Positions 54,125-64,000 of a DNA stretch of 64,000 nt are shown here, in pieces. Below the pieces are notes generated by a model. The model ran no database searches, was not told the origin of the DNA, and worked only from the letters and a program-made list of their open reading frames with translations. This stretch comes from Candidatus Latescibacterota bacterium (lineage in GTDB: Bacteria > Latescibacterota > UBA2968 > GCA-2709665). The DNA lies in the NCBI GenBank assembly GCA_965219455.1, contig OZ244744.1, forward strand, positions 4,640,001-4,704,000, written 5' to 3'. Numbering within the stretch: the first letter of the stretch is position 1; every line of letters begins with the position of its first letter. The translations under genes were made by a program, and so were the position numbers.

Positions 54125-54691
54125 GGAGCTGCAAGTTCTCTACGAATTCGAACCGGAGCTTCGGGATCTTTATGTTGAGGGCCCGACGGATGCGAATTTT
54201 TTTCGCTGGTTTCTTGAAACCTGTGGTGTATACGAAGTTACCGTGTACTCGATAGATGTCCTTGATGTCCCAGAGGATATCGTACGAAAACACTCACTAA
54301 GTCCAGGTTCAGCCAAGGGGCGCCTCATAGCATTGTCCTGTGAACTAGCGAGCACTGCCGCTTCCGATTGCGTCTTGTGCATTGCTGATCGAGACTTTGA
54401 CTTAAATGGTTCCATTCGAACGAACGTGTGTCTGCGATGGACAGATGGCAACACTCTCGAGTTATATGCACTGCGTCCAACTGTATTCCGGAAGTTTCTG
54501 CTTGTAGCGCTCGGTGGTATCACGTTATCACCAGAGGATCTATTTAATCAATGTATTACTGTCTTAGAGCGAGTCTACTCAATGCGTATTGCCAATGAAG
54601 TCTTGGGGTGGAAGATGTCATGGGTACCATTCAAGCGATACGTGAAGGTTAGCGGAGCTTCAATTGAGTATCGAGAAAGTAACTTCATTAG

Positions 54692-56372
54692 CCCGATTAA
54701 TTCATGAAAATGAATAGAGCAGTGTCTGTGGAAGCAGAAAGTGTTCTGGAGGAGGGGAAATATTCGAATGACGTGTTGGTGACGCGATGATGAGTAATAT
54801 TGGATGTGCCGTCAGCATTGAGGGGTGTCGAGTTCTTTATTTAGGGTGTGGAAAGGACAGACGGATGCCTTGGTCTTACTTTGTGGCGATGAGAAAGGGA
54901 TGGATCGGCCGGCGCGAAACGGCGTTATGGATATGCCTTTGCCAAATTACAGAGGATGGTGTCATAAAGGTGTTTCAAGGGAAATGATGTTGGCAAATGG
55001 AGTTTGATTTTGGTCTTGAGTTCGGACACTCGCCCGGCGACTTTGAGAATGCGATTCTGAATGGTATTAAACTGGGCGTGCGTCCATTGGGTAGCCCGGA
55101 GTCCTTTTTCGGTAAGGGTATGCATCAAGACATAAGCGGCACTATGCAGGAAGAGACGGAAGTGATTGGCTTCGAAGGTGTGGCAGGAGGTACGATCGGA
55201 ATGGAGGAAGGTTTTGTGATTCTTGATGAAGTTTTCCATCCTGCCGCGCGCGCAATAGACGGTTTTGTAGATGAATGAGGGCTGGCTACTTTTCAGGTTG
55301 GTCACGACAAAGCGTGTATTGGCTTGTCCGGAAGCGGTGATTTCAGCTTTGTAGATGATGCGCCTTGGCACGGCCCAAGTATCTGCCTGGTAAGCGAAAC
55401 AGGTAAATAACTGCAAGGGCTGTCCGGTTTCCCGATACTGGGCCTTTGCCTGCTCGATCAACGCGTGTCCCCGTTGTGCAAGCCTGGCATTGCCCGTCTG
55501 TCCCAGCACAAAATACACGTCTTGCTCGTCGCAAAAGTCGTGGACCTCAGGACAGGAAAAATGGCCATCGCCACGCAAAAAGATACGCACGTCCGGCCAC
55601 GCCTTACGAAGGATTTTCACCAGTCGCTTAAGAATGCTGACAATCTGTTTGCCGGTAGGACGGGCGCCCGGACGCAGCAGCGTCGTGATCAGTCTTCCTG
55701 TCCGGCCTTCATAAATGTGCAAGGGACAGTAACAGCGTTCATCGTAATAGCCATTGAACAACGACAACTGTTGCTTGCCGTGAACCTCGTCATCGGTGTC
55801 ATCGATATCCAGAACGACCGCGTCGGGAGGCCTATCGTAGGACGCGATAAATCCGTCCACAAGGGCCTCGGCAATACGATATAAGTCCCTGCGACGAATC
55901 CCGTTTTCCAATCGACTCATCGTGGGTTGGCTGGCCAACGGCGCCCCTGATATCGGCAACCGATCACAGGCCGCCTTGAACGCAGGGTCCTCGCGCAACG
56001 CATTGCAATCGTTCGCATCTTCATACGCGCACGCGATCTGAAAGACACGCTGGCTGATCAGGTCCATCATCGTGTGATCCACATAACTTGGATGCCGACG
56101 GTCCGTTAACGCCTCGACGATCCGAGACAGGATGCCGATTTTGGACGCCACCTCTCGCAGCAGCATCAACCCCATATCGCTGGTGAGCACACCGCCATCG
56201 AAGACGGCTTCCACCGGCTTGCCCGAAACACTTGCGAAAGGAAGTGCGAGTTGATTATCTTGAACTTTCACGGTAGTTTCCTCCCAGTTCATTGTTGTAT
56301 GGTTATTCACCTAACCATAATATAATACAATGACTTGGGTAAGGAAACTACCTTTTTTGTGAATAATTGGGG
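54692..56372 (-). mobile_element. IS1380 family insertion sequence (1681 bp)
   Basis: Imperfect TIRs CCCGATTAATTCATGAAAA / CCCCAATTATTCACAAAAA; TTAG duplicated on both sides. Confidence 0.92.
54925..56310 (-). CDS. IS1380 family DDE transposase
   Basis: FDGGVLTSD, LDIDDT, RGDGHF, YCARGRMENFIK. Confidence 0.93.
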   Translation of the reverse strand: MNNHTTMNWEETTVKVQDNQLALPFASVSGKPVEAVFDGGVLTSDMGLMLLREVASKIGILSRIVEALTDRRHPSYVDHTMMDLISQRVFQIACAYEDANDCNALREDPAFKAACDRLPISGAPLASQPTMSRLENGIRRRDLYRIAEALVDGFIASYDRPPDAVVLDIDDTDDEVHGKQQLSLFNGYYDERCYCPLHIYEGRTGRLITTLLRPGARPTGKQIVSILKRLVKILRKAWPDVRIFLRGDGHFSCPEVHDFCDEQDVYFVLGQTGNARLAQRGHALIEQAKAQYRETGQPLQLFTCFAYQADTWAVPRRIIYKAEITASGQANTRFVVTNLKSSQPSFIYKTVYCARGRMENFIKNHKTFLHSDRTSCHTFEANHFRLFLHSAAYVLMHTLTEKGLRATQWTHAQFNTIQNRILKVAGRVSELKTKIKLHLPTSFPLKHLYDTILCNLAKAYP

Positions 56373-57115
56373 TTAGGGCTTATCTTCAAAAAAATGTCCG
56401 ATGGGGTGATCGGGAATGTTTTATTGCAAAGGTAGATGAGATAGTTGCTTCACTAGACCGTGATCCAATGCGACGGATCAGAGGGCATGATCTCTCAGAG
56501 CTCCTCTATATTGTCGTAAACAGTTTGCGACGAGAAAAAAAATTCGGTAACGCCGCAACACTCGAGAGTTGCTTACTGGCGGTAGTTGAATCAGACGAAC
56601 TTAGGACATTTAGTCTATTCAAGGAAATTGAGGCATTTTGTTGTGGGCAAAATAGCCACGAAATGCGTGAATAGTGTGTAAACACGTTTCGCGTTTAACG
56701 ACCTCCTCTACACTGCCGATTGTGGATTTGTTAATGAGAGGATTTATTTAGGGATTAGAGCGCAATATACGACGAAAAACGCCGAATGAGGTTTGATGCG
56801 TCCATAGTCGTGCCTAGATTTACGGAGCAAAGACACACCTCGTACTACCAGGAACGCGGATCGAGTTCTAGGGTATACGTATCTCAAACCACTTGACACA
56901 TTTCGTGCCGTCGAGTCCATTCAGTGAAACTTCGCCTCGAAGGCAATGGGGGCAAATCGAACGGTATTCGCCCGAGAGTTCTGTGACGAGGTCATCCGCG
57001 GAACAGCCAACCATCTGAATGCCCAGTTGGATTATTTAGCAGGTCCACAGGTCGACTTCGTTTCGCCGTATAAAAACCGGCGATTTTTTAATCCAAAGGA
57101 TGGGATGTATTGCCG

Positions 57116-57595
57116 ATGCGCATTGATATCGAACCTTTGACTCTCTCAGACGCCGAGGCGATCGCGACATGGCATTACGAGGGCGAATTTGCCTTTTACG
57201 ATTCCGAAGCGGATGCCGAAGATCTGGCGGAGCTTCTCGATCCCGCGCTTCGGGGCGACTCTATGTTCGCTGTTCGAGATGGCGCAGGCGAGTTAGTCGG
57301 CTTCTTCGCGTTCCAGATCACGGACGGCGTGGTGGATTTGGGTCTGGGACTTCGTCCGGATCTGACGGGGAAGGGTCTAGGGGCGGCGTTCGTTCGCGCA
57401 GGCCTGGATTTCGCGCAATCACAATTCTCACCCAAAGCCATCCAGCTTCGGGTTGCGGCTTTCAACAAACGGGCAATCAAGGTATATCAACGAGTTGGTT
57501 TCAAAGAAGTCGAACACTACATGAATCGGACAAACGGGGGCGAGTTCGACTTCATCCGCATGGAGTTGATGGGTACAACAGAACAGGCGGGATGA
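57116..57595 (+). CDS. GNAT acetyltransferase
   Basis: LGLRPDLTGKGLG; FNKRAIKVYQRVGF. Confidence 0.9.
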   Translation: MRIDIEPLTLSDAEAIATWHYEGEFAFYDSEADAEDLAELLDPALRGDSMFAVRDGAGELVGFFAFQITDGVVDLGLGLRPDLTGKGLGAAFVRAGLDFAQSQFSPKAIQLRVAAFNKRAIKVYQRVGFKEVEHYMNRTNGGEFDFIRMELMGTTEQAG

Positions 57596-57666
57596 GCATG
57601 CGGCTGTGCATATCCGCGCCTGAACGCCCGGCCCCGCTCCCATCCTTATTCGATGGGATCACGTAC

Positions 57667-58338
57667 ATGAAACTGGTCACACTTGACAAAATGCCCGAGA
57701 TGTCGGGCGCTTTGAAAGAACTCAATGACGCGACATGGCCCGAGTTTCTACTACACGCGGATATTAGGAGCTGGTCTTCGATTTATACGGAGTATCATGG
57801 CTTTCAGATCCTCGTCCTCGAACACGATGCTCTGTTGGCCGCAGGGTTGACCGTGCCGTTTGAATGGTCGCCGGGCGATCTCTTGCCTTCGACGATTGAC
57901 GAGGTCGTCTATCCGTCCCGGTGGCCTCTAAAGAACGCGGGTGTACTCTGTGCTCTCGGCGTTCTCGTGCGGCCGATGTATCGTCGCAAGGGACTGAGCC
58001 GAAAGATCCTGCGCGAAATGCTAAGCCTGTCGGAGACAAATGGAATGCACGGCGTCCTGGCGCCTGTGAGGCCGAATCGGAAGCACGAGTTCCCGAAAGA
58101 GTCAATAGAAACGTACGCCGAACGTCGGGACGCGAAGGGTCGTCTGCTGGATCCGTGGCTGCGTGTCCACGAAGAATTGGGCGGCGAAAGGCTTGGCTTC
58201 GCGCATGCATCGGTTACGGTGACCGGATCGATCGATGAATGGGAAAACTATACGGGAATGGGATTCCAGGCGTCGGGATGTTTTAGCATTCCGGAGGGAC
58301 TGGCGCCGGTCACGTTCTCCACACGACACATTCCGTAG
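57667..58338 (+). CDS. GNAT-fold transferase, C-terminus possibly shortened
   Basis: WPEFL, RRKGLS, APVRP, DPWLRVH. Confidence 0.75.
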   Translation: MKLVTLDKMPEMSGALKELNDATWPEFLLHADIRSWSSIYTEYHGFQILVLEHDALLAAGLTVPFEWSPGDLLPSTIDEVVYPSRWPLKNAGVLCALGVLVRPMYRRKGLSRKILREMLSLSETNGMHGVLAPVRPNRKHEFPKESIETYAERRDAKGRLLDPWLRVHEELGGERLGFAHASVTVTGSIDEWENYTGMGFQASGCFSIPEGLAPVTFSTRHIP

Positions 58339-58500
58339 GCGCCCCGGAGCGCGTCCGCTAAATGATCGATCGATTCAGGATTCTTCTGACACGGGCGGTT
58401 TATATTCCTGATTGGAATAGATTATAGAGCTGTTTTTTCGTAGACCGATGCTGAGACTGCCGGCATTGAACTCCGGAAGACGATTAACGCAAGGTTCCAA

Positions 58501-58777
58501 AGGCTCTGAACGCCTGTCTCGCCTGCTGAACTACAAATTATACTCATTACCAGGAGTACACGCTGAGATCCGGGGTCGCCAGATATATGAAAAAATGGAA
58601 TATATCAGCGTGTTTCTGCTGGCCGAACAAGCTCGTCTGAAGCTTGATTCTGCTGCAAGGCAGGTGTCGACACAATGCGCTTATTCGAAGTAACTGCTCC
58701 GCGCAAGAGCAGGGTGTTCAATCCAACGAAATTCTATCGCACTCAGGATTTTCGCAGCAGCAGTTCAAGGCCCAAAC
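58501..58777 (+). repeat. 277-bp direct repeat, copy 1
   Basis: Aligns without gaps to 60705-60981. Confidence 0.95.
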
Positions 58778-58910
58778 GATTTGCCAAATCTCTTAAAAAC
58801 AGGTATATTTTTCGCTTGACAAAGCTAACTCACTGCCCTATCCATCTAGACGGATAAGTTGGGTGGGAGAGTAAGTTTTTGGAACTTAGGATGAATAATG
58901 TGAGTTATTA

Positions 58911-59288
58911 GTGAGTATGTGTCAGTGGAATTTTTATGAAATTGAGGCTTATAGAAAGAGGCGTAGACATTTCGATAAAAAGCATCAATTTGTTTTAGTT
59001 GCCCTTTTTCATAATTTGGCCGAAGTTCAGAGTATCTTTGAATTTGGCGATAACCCAAGAAACATAGTTAAGCATCCAAAAGTAAGAAATGAAAGACACG
59101 GTCTTTACGCAGTAGATCAACGAGGTGCAACGACAAAGATTCGAGAAGCACGGTTATACTTTTACCCAGACTTTGAAAATCAACGTGTCTATCTCATCTA
59201 CATTGGTTTTAAAAGTGAACAACAAAAAGACTTACGTCGATGTCATGAAATTGTTAAATGCATTAAAAAGGAGGCACTGAATGGCTAA
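58911..59288 (+). CDS. Putative RelE/ParE-like toxin
   Basis: Basic ~120-aa protein with ARLYF..VYLIYIGFKSEQQKDL; overlaps the HTH gene. Confidence 0.55.
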   Translation: MSMCQWNFYEIEAYRKRRRHFDKKHQFVLVALFHNLAEVQSIFEFGDNPRNIVKHPKVRNERHGLYAVDQRGATTKIREARLYFYPDFENQRVYLIYIGFKSEQQKDLRRCHEIVKCIKKEALNG

Positions 59289-59925
59289 TGGCTATCGAAA
59301 TGTATTAGAATTGGCCAGGGCCACTATTTCTGACAAGTTTGCTCGAAAACTTCACACTTACGCAAGAAGACGTTCTCTGTCCAGTTCGTTGTGTGTGTTT
59401 CGTTGTTCTAAGGGCTTGACGCAAAAACAACTGGCAAAAAATATGGGTATCACTGAGGCCCGAGTTGCCCGTTGCGAAGATGGTACGGACAGTGGTGTAA
59501 CTATTTCTTACCTTAACAGGTATGCCAACGCATTTGACATGAAAGTCACTATTCTGCTTGATTCAAAGGAGATAAGTGAAGAACAAACCGTGGCTGTTCA
59601 CGCTATTAAGCAGCATGTTTTTCAAATTCATCATCAGCTTAGTAAATTGACAAATTTGGCAGAAGATGATGGAGTTATTCAAAAAGGCGTGGACAATTTT
59701 CATCAGGAGTACTTGTATGATATCTTGAGACTATTCATAGGCAATTATCATAAACTTCAGGGTCAAGAAATAGAGAATGACGAATTGGCAAAATTGACAG
59801 AAAGTATCCACGAAACAATCATGGAAACAATGGAATTAAATGATTCAGAAACTCCGCAAGAACTTGAACAGCCATCACCAGTTTTGCTTACAGCTAAACG
59901 CCCACAACTTGCCGTGTCAGGCTAG
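59281..59925 (+). CDS. Xre-HTH antitoxin/regulator with a C-terminal extension
   Basis: KGLTQKQLAKNMGITEARVARCE; AAGGAGG RBS. Confidence 0.75.
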   Translation: MANGYRNVLELARATISDKFARKLHTYARRRSLSSSLCVFRCSKGLTQKQLAKNMGITEARVARCEDGTDSGVTISYLNRYANAFDMKVTILLDSKEISEEQTVAVHAIKQHVFQIHHQLSKLTNLAEDDGVIQKGVDNFHQEYLYDILRLFIGNYHKLQGQEIENDELAKLTESIHETIMETMELNDSETPQELEQPSPVLLTAKRPQLAVSG

Positions 59926-60062
59926 ATCATCCTTCCTATTTTCTGTGTTGCCCGGAATACCTTTTCAAGTGTTCCGGGTATTTTTGCAGTTGGAACTTCA
60001 CGCACCTCGTAAAGGTGAATATTCGAAGAGAAGTAAATTTGTTCAATGCGTTGAATGGCGAC

Positions 60063-60223
60063 TGTTCTGTCCCGGAAATAGGTTGCCTGAATTAGGCCGA
60101 CGAGTCGCACGTCTCGCAAAGCGTCTGAGCGCAGGCGACCTGCGTAAGGTCTGCGAGCGAAGGCAACGCAGCGAGACGGGATGAATCGGCGGGAGAATGG
60201 TGAGATATTTCTGGGACAGGACA
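60063..60223. mobile_element. 161-bp MITE-like element with TGT-initiated TIRs
   Basis: TGTTCTGTCCCGGAAATA / TATTTCTGGGACAGGACA; internal CGTCTCGC/GCGAGACG stem. Confidence 0.7.
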
Positions 60224-60273
60224 CTTCGGACCGATAGAGATTATCGCTCCGCCTGAATTATAGGAGATCGGCC

Positions 60274-60459
60274 ATGGGGGAAGTGACACCTTCAGAGAAG
60301 GAGAAGATTTGGGAGGAAGTTCAGAAGGAATTTCCAAATGATGAAATGATGCAAGAGATACATTTTATTCGCCAGGTGCACTACCTGCAGACGAAAGAGA
60401 TGTCCCTGGACGAGCGCCTTGGTTTTTATGGTGGTGCACGCCCGAAGACATTGGTGTAG
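60274..60459 (+). CDS. Small hypothetical protein (61 aa)
   Basis: AGGAG RBS; EFPNDEMMQEIHFIR. Confidence 0.6.
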   Translation: MGEVTPSEKEKIWEEVQKEFPNDEMMQEIHFIRQVHYLQTKEMSLDERLGFYGGARPKTLV

Positions 60460-60704
60460 CGAATTGCAAGACAAGGCGATGGCGTGACCTTGATAACAGC
60501 CCTCTACCGCCTGGAGCGAAGGGGGCTGTCGGCGTATTACAGACGAAACACTACACGATCACGCTATATCAACGGTCGAAATGCGACCTGCGATTGAGGA
60601 GTGTATCAATGCCAACCGATCCCGGAAAGTGCGAAGGGAGTTGTCTCTGCGGTCAGATCAAAATCCAGGTGGTTGGGCCACCTGTTAAAGCGGGATATTG
60701 CCAC

Positions 60705-60981
60705 AGGCTCTGAACACCTGTCTCGCCTGCTGAACTACAAATTATACTCATTACCAGGAGTACACGCTGAGATCCGGGGTCGCCAGATATATGAAAAAAT
60801 GGAATATATCAGGGTGTTTCTGCTGGCCGAACAAGCTCGTCTGAAGCTTGATTCTGCTGCAAGGCAGGTGTCGACACAATGCTCCTATACAAAGTGACTG
60901 CTCCCCGGAAGATAAAGGTGTTCAATCCAACGAAATTCTATCGCACTCAGGATTTTTGGAGCAGCAGTCCAAGGCCCAAAC
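60705..60981 (+). repeat. 277-bp direct repeat, copy 2 (includes the start of ORF 60879)
   Basis: Aligns to 58501-58777. Confidence 0.95.
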
Positions 60982-61406
60982 CAGGCTACATATGTGACTG
61001 CCTTGTTTATGCCGGCGATTTTGACGAAATTTCAATTCACCTCCTTCCAAAGATACATCGAATAAGGGTCAGAAACTCTGAAGCCGCCAGGCGCAAGCTC
61101 TTGTGTCTCGGAATAGAGACCGATCCGGACAAGAAATGTTACATCTTTGTAAATACGGAGGATAAGACGCAGATAATCGAATTTGTCGCCAACGTCTATA
61201 TTTTCGAGGATCGACATTTCACGAAGACGCCCAGCAACGAGTACATCTCCAGAGAACCGGTCGAAGCCATCGGTTCGGAAGTATATGCGATGCCTGAGAT
61301 TCTGCGCCTATGGGGCATCCAACTCATCACAGTCGACTCGGTGCCCGATCTATCAAGGATTCTCACCGACGCTGGCGTCGTCTATTCCTATCAGACAGGA
61401 TCGTAA
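60879..61406 (+). CDS. Hypothetical protein
   Basis: 175-aa ORF; the paralogous 5' fragment at 58675 shows conservative substitutions. Confidence 0.65.
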   Translation: MLLYKVTAPRKIKVFNPTKFYRTQDFWSSSPRPKPGYICDCLVYAGDFDEISIHLLPKIHRIRVRNSEAARRKLLCLGIETDPDKKCYIFVNTEDKTQIIEFVANVYIFEDRHFTKTPSNEYISREPVEAIGSEVYAMPEILRLWGIQLITVDSVPDLSRILTDAGVVYSYQTGS

Positions 61407-61501
61407 ATCTCGCCTTATCAACTAATTGCGTCTGTGCTGAATTGCGCCAGATTAGTAATCGGGACTCACGTGAGCACAAATTCACGAATCGGTACTTTGT
61501 A

Positions 61502-62071
61502 ATGGAAAAACTGACTAAACAACTGCGCCTGAGGGAGTTCACCAGGAATGACGTGGACGCCGTCGCCGAGTTCAGGAAGGACCCGAGGTACCTGGAATAC
61601 TATTACCGGCCTCCCTACACAAGAGAAGAGTGCGTCCACTTTGTAGACAAATGCATCGCATGGTCCAGAGAAAATCCGAGATGCAAGTTTCAGCTGGCCA
61701 TCACAGACCGATCAGGCGATGTATTGCTCGGTAACTGCGGAGTGCGTACAGAAAGCATTGAGAGCCGACGAGGCGACGTCGGTTACGAGTTGTCGCCCGT
61801 TTATTGGGGCCACGGCTTTGCGTCAGAAGCGGTCCGGGCCATCCTGCAGGTAGGTTTTGAAGATTTGAGCCTGGACCGGATCGAAGCCAGATGCGTAGTT
61901 GCAAACAAACGTTCTGTCCGTCTTCTCGAACGGCTAGGCTTCGAGGAGGCGGAGCGCATACCGCCCGGACCGGGCAGAGGCGAATTTGCAGACCGCGTGT
62001 TGCCCGAGCGGTGCGTATTCCTCTTGGATCGGGACAGATGGATTCACGGATTATCTGGTCTTGACGCTTAA
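61502..62071 (+). CDS. GNAT acetyltransferase, RimJ/RimL family
   Basis: LRLREF; YWGHGFASEA; NKRSVRLLERLGF. Confidence 0.9.
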   Translation: MEKLTKQLRLREFTRNDVDAVAEFRKDPRYLEYYYRPPYTREECVHFVDKCIAWSRENPRCKFQLAITDRSGDVLLGNCGVRTESIESRRGDVGYELSPVYWGHGFASEAVRAILQVGFEDLSLDRIEARCVVANKRSVRLLERLGFEEAERIPPGPGRGEFADRVLPERCVFLLDRDRWIHGLSGLDA

Positions 62072-62107
62072 TTTTGGCACTGTATTCTTTCTCACTGCAA
62101 TGGAGGT

Positions 62108-62896
62108 ATGAAGCGCATGCGAATCGCCATCATCTCAGATATCCACGGGAATTTCGTGGCTTTTGAAGCTATCTTGAACGATCTCAAAACAGAACACATC
62201 GATCGCATTGTGTGCCTGGGTGACGTCGTCTCCGGAGGTCCCCAACCAGGTGAGGTCATTGCCCACTTGAAGACACTGAATAGTCCGGTCGTCATGGGCA
62301 ACATGGACAACTGGTGTCTCAACCCACAACCAGGTGAAGGAAATAGCAAGAACGCCAAACCAGGAGATGAAGTTCAATTATGGGGTGTCCGTAAGCTATC
62401 ACCTGAGGATCTCGACTACATGCGCACGTTCCAGGCAACGGTCGAGATACCTCTCGATGCAACTACCAGTCTTCTTTGCTTTCACGGTTCCCCACATTCC
62501 AATGAAGATGTAATTGTCTCAACCACTCCGGATGAGGAAATGGAACGCATGCTGTCTGGTTATCGCGCTATGGTATTGGCCGGGGGACATACGCACACGC
62601 AGATGATTCGTTATTATGCAGATAGCACGATAGTCAATCCTGGAAGCGTTGGTGCTCCTATTCATGCGTACGAGCGCATACGCCGAGTTACTCAACGACC
62701 GTTGAGTGATCTGCCCGATAGGCAATATCCTCCCTGGGCAGAATATGGAGTTGTCGCCTGGGAAAATAGGAGCCTTAGTATCGAGTTGCGTCGCGTGCCG
62801 ATTGATATCGATTTGCTGGTGAAAAAAACGCACGAGAGTGGGATGCCACACGCTGATTGGTGGTTGAGTTCACGGTATGGCGATTCGTTGAAATGA
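62108..62896 (+). CDS. Metallophosphoesterase family protein
   Basis: SDIHGN, LGD, GNMD, HGSP, GHTH, NPGSVG. Confidence 0.92.
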   Translation: MKRMRIAIISDIHGNFVAFEAILNDLKTEHIDRIVCLGDVVSGGPQPGEVIAHLKTLNSPVVMGNMDNWCLNPQPGEGNSKNAKPGDEVQLWGVRKLSPEDLDYMRTFQATVEIPLDATTSLLCFHGSPHSNEDVIVSTTPDEEMERMLSGYRAMVLAGGHTHTQMIRYYADSTIVNPGSVGAPIHAYERIRRVTQRPLSDLPDRQYPPWAEYGVVAWENRSLSIELRRVPIDIDLLVKKTHESGMPHADWWLSSRYGDSLK

Positions 62897-62937
62897 GGCA
62901 TCGGAGGGGACTACACTCTTAGCAGGGAGGTAAAACT

Positions 62938-63297
62938 GTGAGCGTACATCGCATCACAGCGATGGTTCCAATAACGGATCTGGATCAGGCTATTACCTTC
63001 TACACGCGGGGCCTCGGTCTGCAGGTCGTTCGCCGCAGAGATGATTGGGGCCACGCCGTGCTGGAAGGTGAACACGGCTGCCAGGTGATGATCGACCGAT
63101 CGATACGCAAGGAATCGAACGCTTCCACCGTCGTTTACTACTATACGTCCGATATTGAAACAGTACGGGACCGCCTGGTTGCCGCAGGTTTCGACCCCAA
63201 TCCTGTCGGTGTAACATTCTACGACATGACGGAATTTAGAGTTCGCGATCCGGATGGAAACGAGGTCTGGGTCGGCGAACGTGAGGCTCCCGGGTAA
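62938..63297 (+). CDS. VOC/glyoxalase family protein
   Basis: FYTRGLG; EFRVRDPDGN. Confidence 0.88.
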   Translation: MSVHRITAMVPITDLDQAITFYTRGLGLQVVRRRDDWGHAVLEGEHGCQVMIDRSIRKESNASTVVYYYTSDIETVRDRLVAAGFDPNPVGVTFYDMTEFRVRDPDGNEVWVGEREAPG

Positions 63298-63395
63298 GCG
63301 TTCTTGAGCTTGCTTTGAAACGGCCCTGACAGCGATCCCCATTCTGGAGCACCGAATTCGAGTCGCACGAATCGACTTTCGAAAGGAAAAATTCC

Positions 63396-64000
63396 ATGAG
63401 CAATTATATTGTCGTATCGAGCATTTCCTACGCCCCGATCAGCGGAGAGGACGAGGCGGTGATGAAGCAGACCCACAAGGACCTGAAGGACCTGGTGGGG
63501 CAGGTCGCCCGGGCAACCACGCCCGATCTGATCGTCCTGCCCGAGACCATCTGCCGGAACTGCGACGAGGAGGTGCCCGAAGGGCCTACAACCCAACTAC
63601 TGGCCGGCCTGGCCCGGGAGTACGGCTGCTATATCACGGTGCCGGTGCATGAGAAAGAGCGCAAGAGCGGGGCGGTCTTCAATGTCCTCGGGCTGCTCGA
63701 TCGGCAGGGTGAATTGGCCGGCGTCTACCGCAAGTACATCCCAGTCTACCCGGAGTTCGACCACGGCACCCGTCCAGGTCCGGGCGCGACCCTGATCCGC
63801 ACCGAATTCGGGCCGGTGGGTGGCGTGATCTGTTTCGATCTGAACTTTGGGGAATTGCGGGCCCAGTACAAAAAGCTCAAGCCGAAACTGCTGCTATTCA
63901 GTTCCATGTACCACGGCGGGATGGTGCAGAACTTCTGGGCGCTGGACGTGCAGGCCTTTTTCGTCGGTTCGGTGTACAAGGGTACGCCCTGCACCATTAT
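63396..64000 (+). CDS. Carbon-nitrogen hydrolase (nitrilase family), runs off the window
   Basis: Translated by hand from ATG 63396: PDLIVLPE, YRK, ICFD (E-K-C triad); absent from the ORF track because there is no stop. Confidence 0.85.
   Translation, partial: MSNYIVVSSISYAPISGEDEAVMKQTHKDLKDLVGQVARATTPDLIVLPETICRNCDEEVPEGPTTQLLAGLAREYGCYITVPVHEKERKSGAVFNVLGLLDRQGELAGVYRKYIPVYPEFDHGTRPGPGATLIRTEFGPVGGVICFDLNFGELRAQYKKLKPKLLLFSSMYHGGMVQNFWALDVQAFFVGSVYKGTPCTI

Larger units (their letters stand above)
54102..56674 (+). pseudogene. DUF4435/TOPRIM protein (PARIS AriB-like) split by IS1380
   Basis: YVEGPTD, IADRDFD, LE.Y and IRGHDL; joining 54102-54691 to 56377-56674 gives an intact 295-aa frame. 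Confidence 0.85.

Noticed and set aside
56750-57100. Possible MITE or attC remnants after the PARIS-like locus
   Set aside because: Only short 6-7 nt inverted matches; boundaries could not be supported.
57169-57666. N-terminal part of the 389-aa ORF
   Set aside because: It overlaps the upstream GNAT out of frame and is low-complexity; the plausible start is ATG 57667.
58501-60981. Diversity-generating retroelement TR/VR pair
   Set aside because: The mismatches are not adenine-specific in either copy, and the only RT in the window is a group II intron maturase.

Overview
This window looks like part of a large, partly eroded integron-type gene-cassette array. It holds about 60 short, mostly + strand, functionally unrelated genes: 6 VOC/glyoxalases, 5 SAM methyltransferases, 5 APH-like kinases, 5 GNATs, 3 NUDIX hydrolases, metallophosphoesterases, nucleotidyltransferases, HIT, HAD, PhoD and others. 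They are punctuated by attC-like imperfect inverted repeats, clearest at 813-935, 3649-3727, 16009-16126, 30018-30133 and 40887-40992, plus many remnants. No integrase is in the window. Mobile elements embedded in the array: a complete group II intron (18364-20311) inserted in the terminal inverted repeat of a 160-bp MITE; an IS1380 element with a TTAG target duplication that splits the DUF4435 gene of a PARIS-like defence pair; an IS1595-like non-autonomous element carrying a HicAB-like module; and several REP-like repeat families, one nested four deep. There are also Phd/Doc-type and RelE/Xre-type toxin-antitoxin modules and about ten pseudogenes. The best candidate for an undescribed system is an inverted operon with its own promoter (46338->41007): hypothetical protein, degenerate BrxD/DUF2791 ATPase, intact BrxD/DUF2791 ATPase, SNF2 helicase with an unknown N-terminal domain, and a 41-aa membrane peptide. 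It lacks the PglX/PglZ genes of BREX and the TerB/Lhr-type genes of Shango. All family calls are by-eye motif recognition; no database searches were run.
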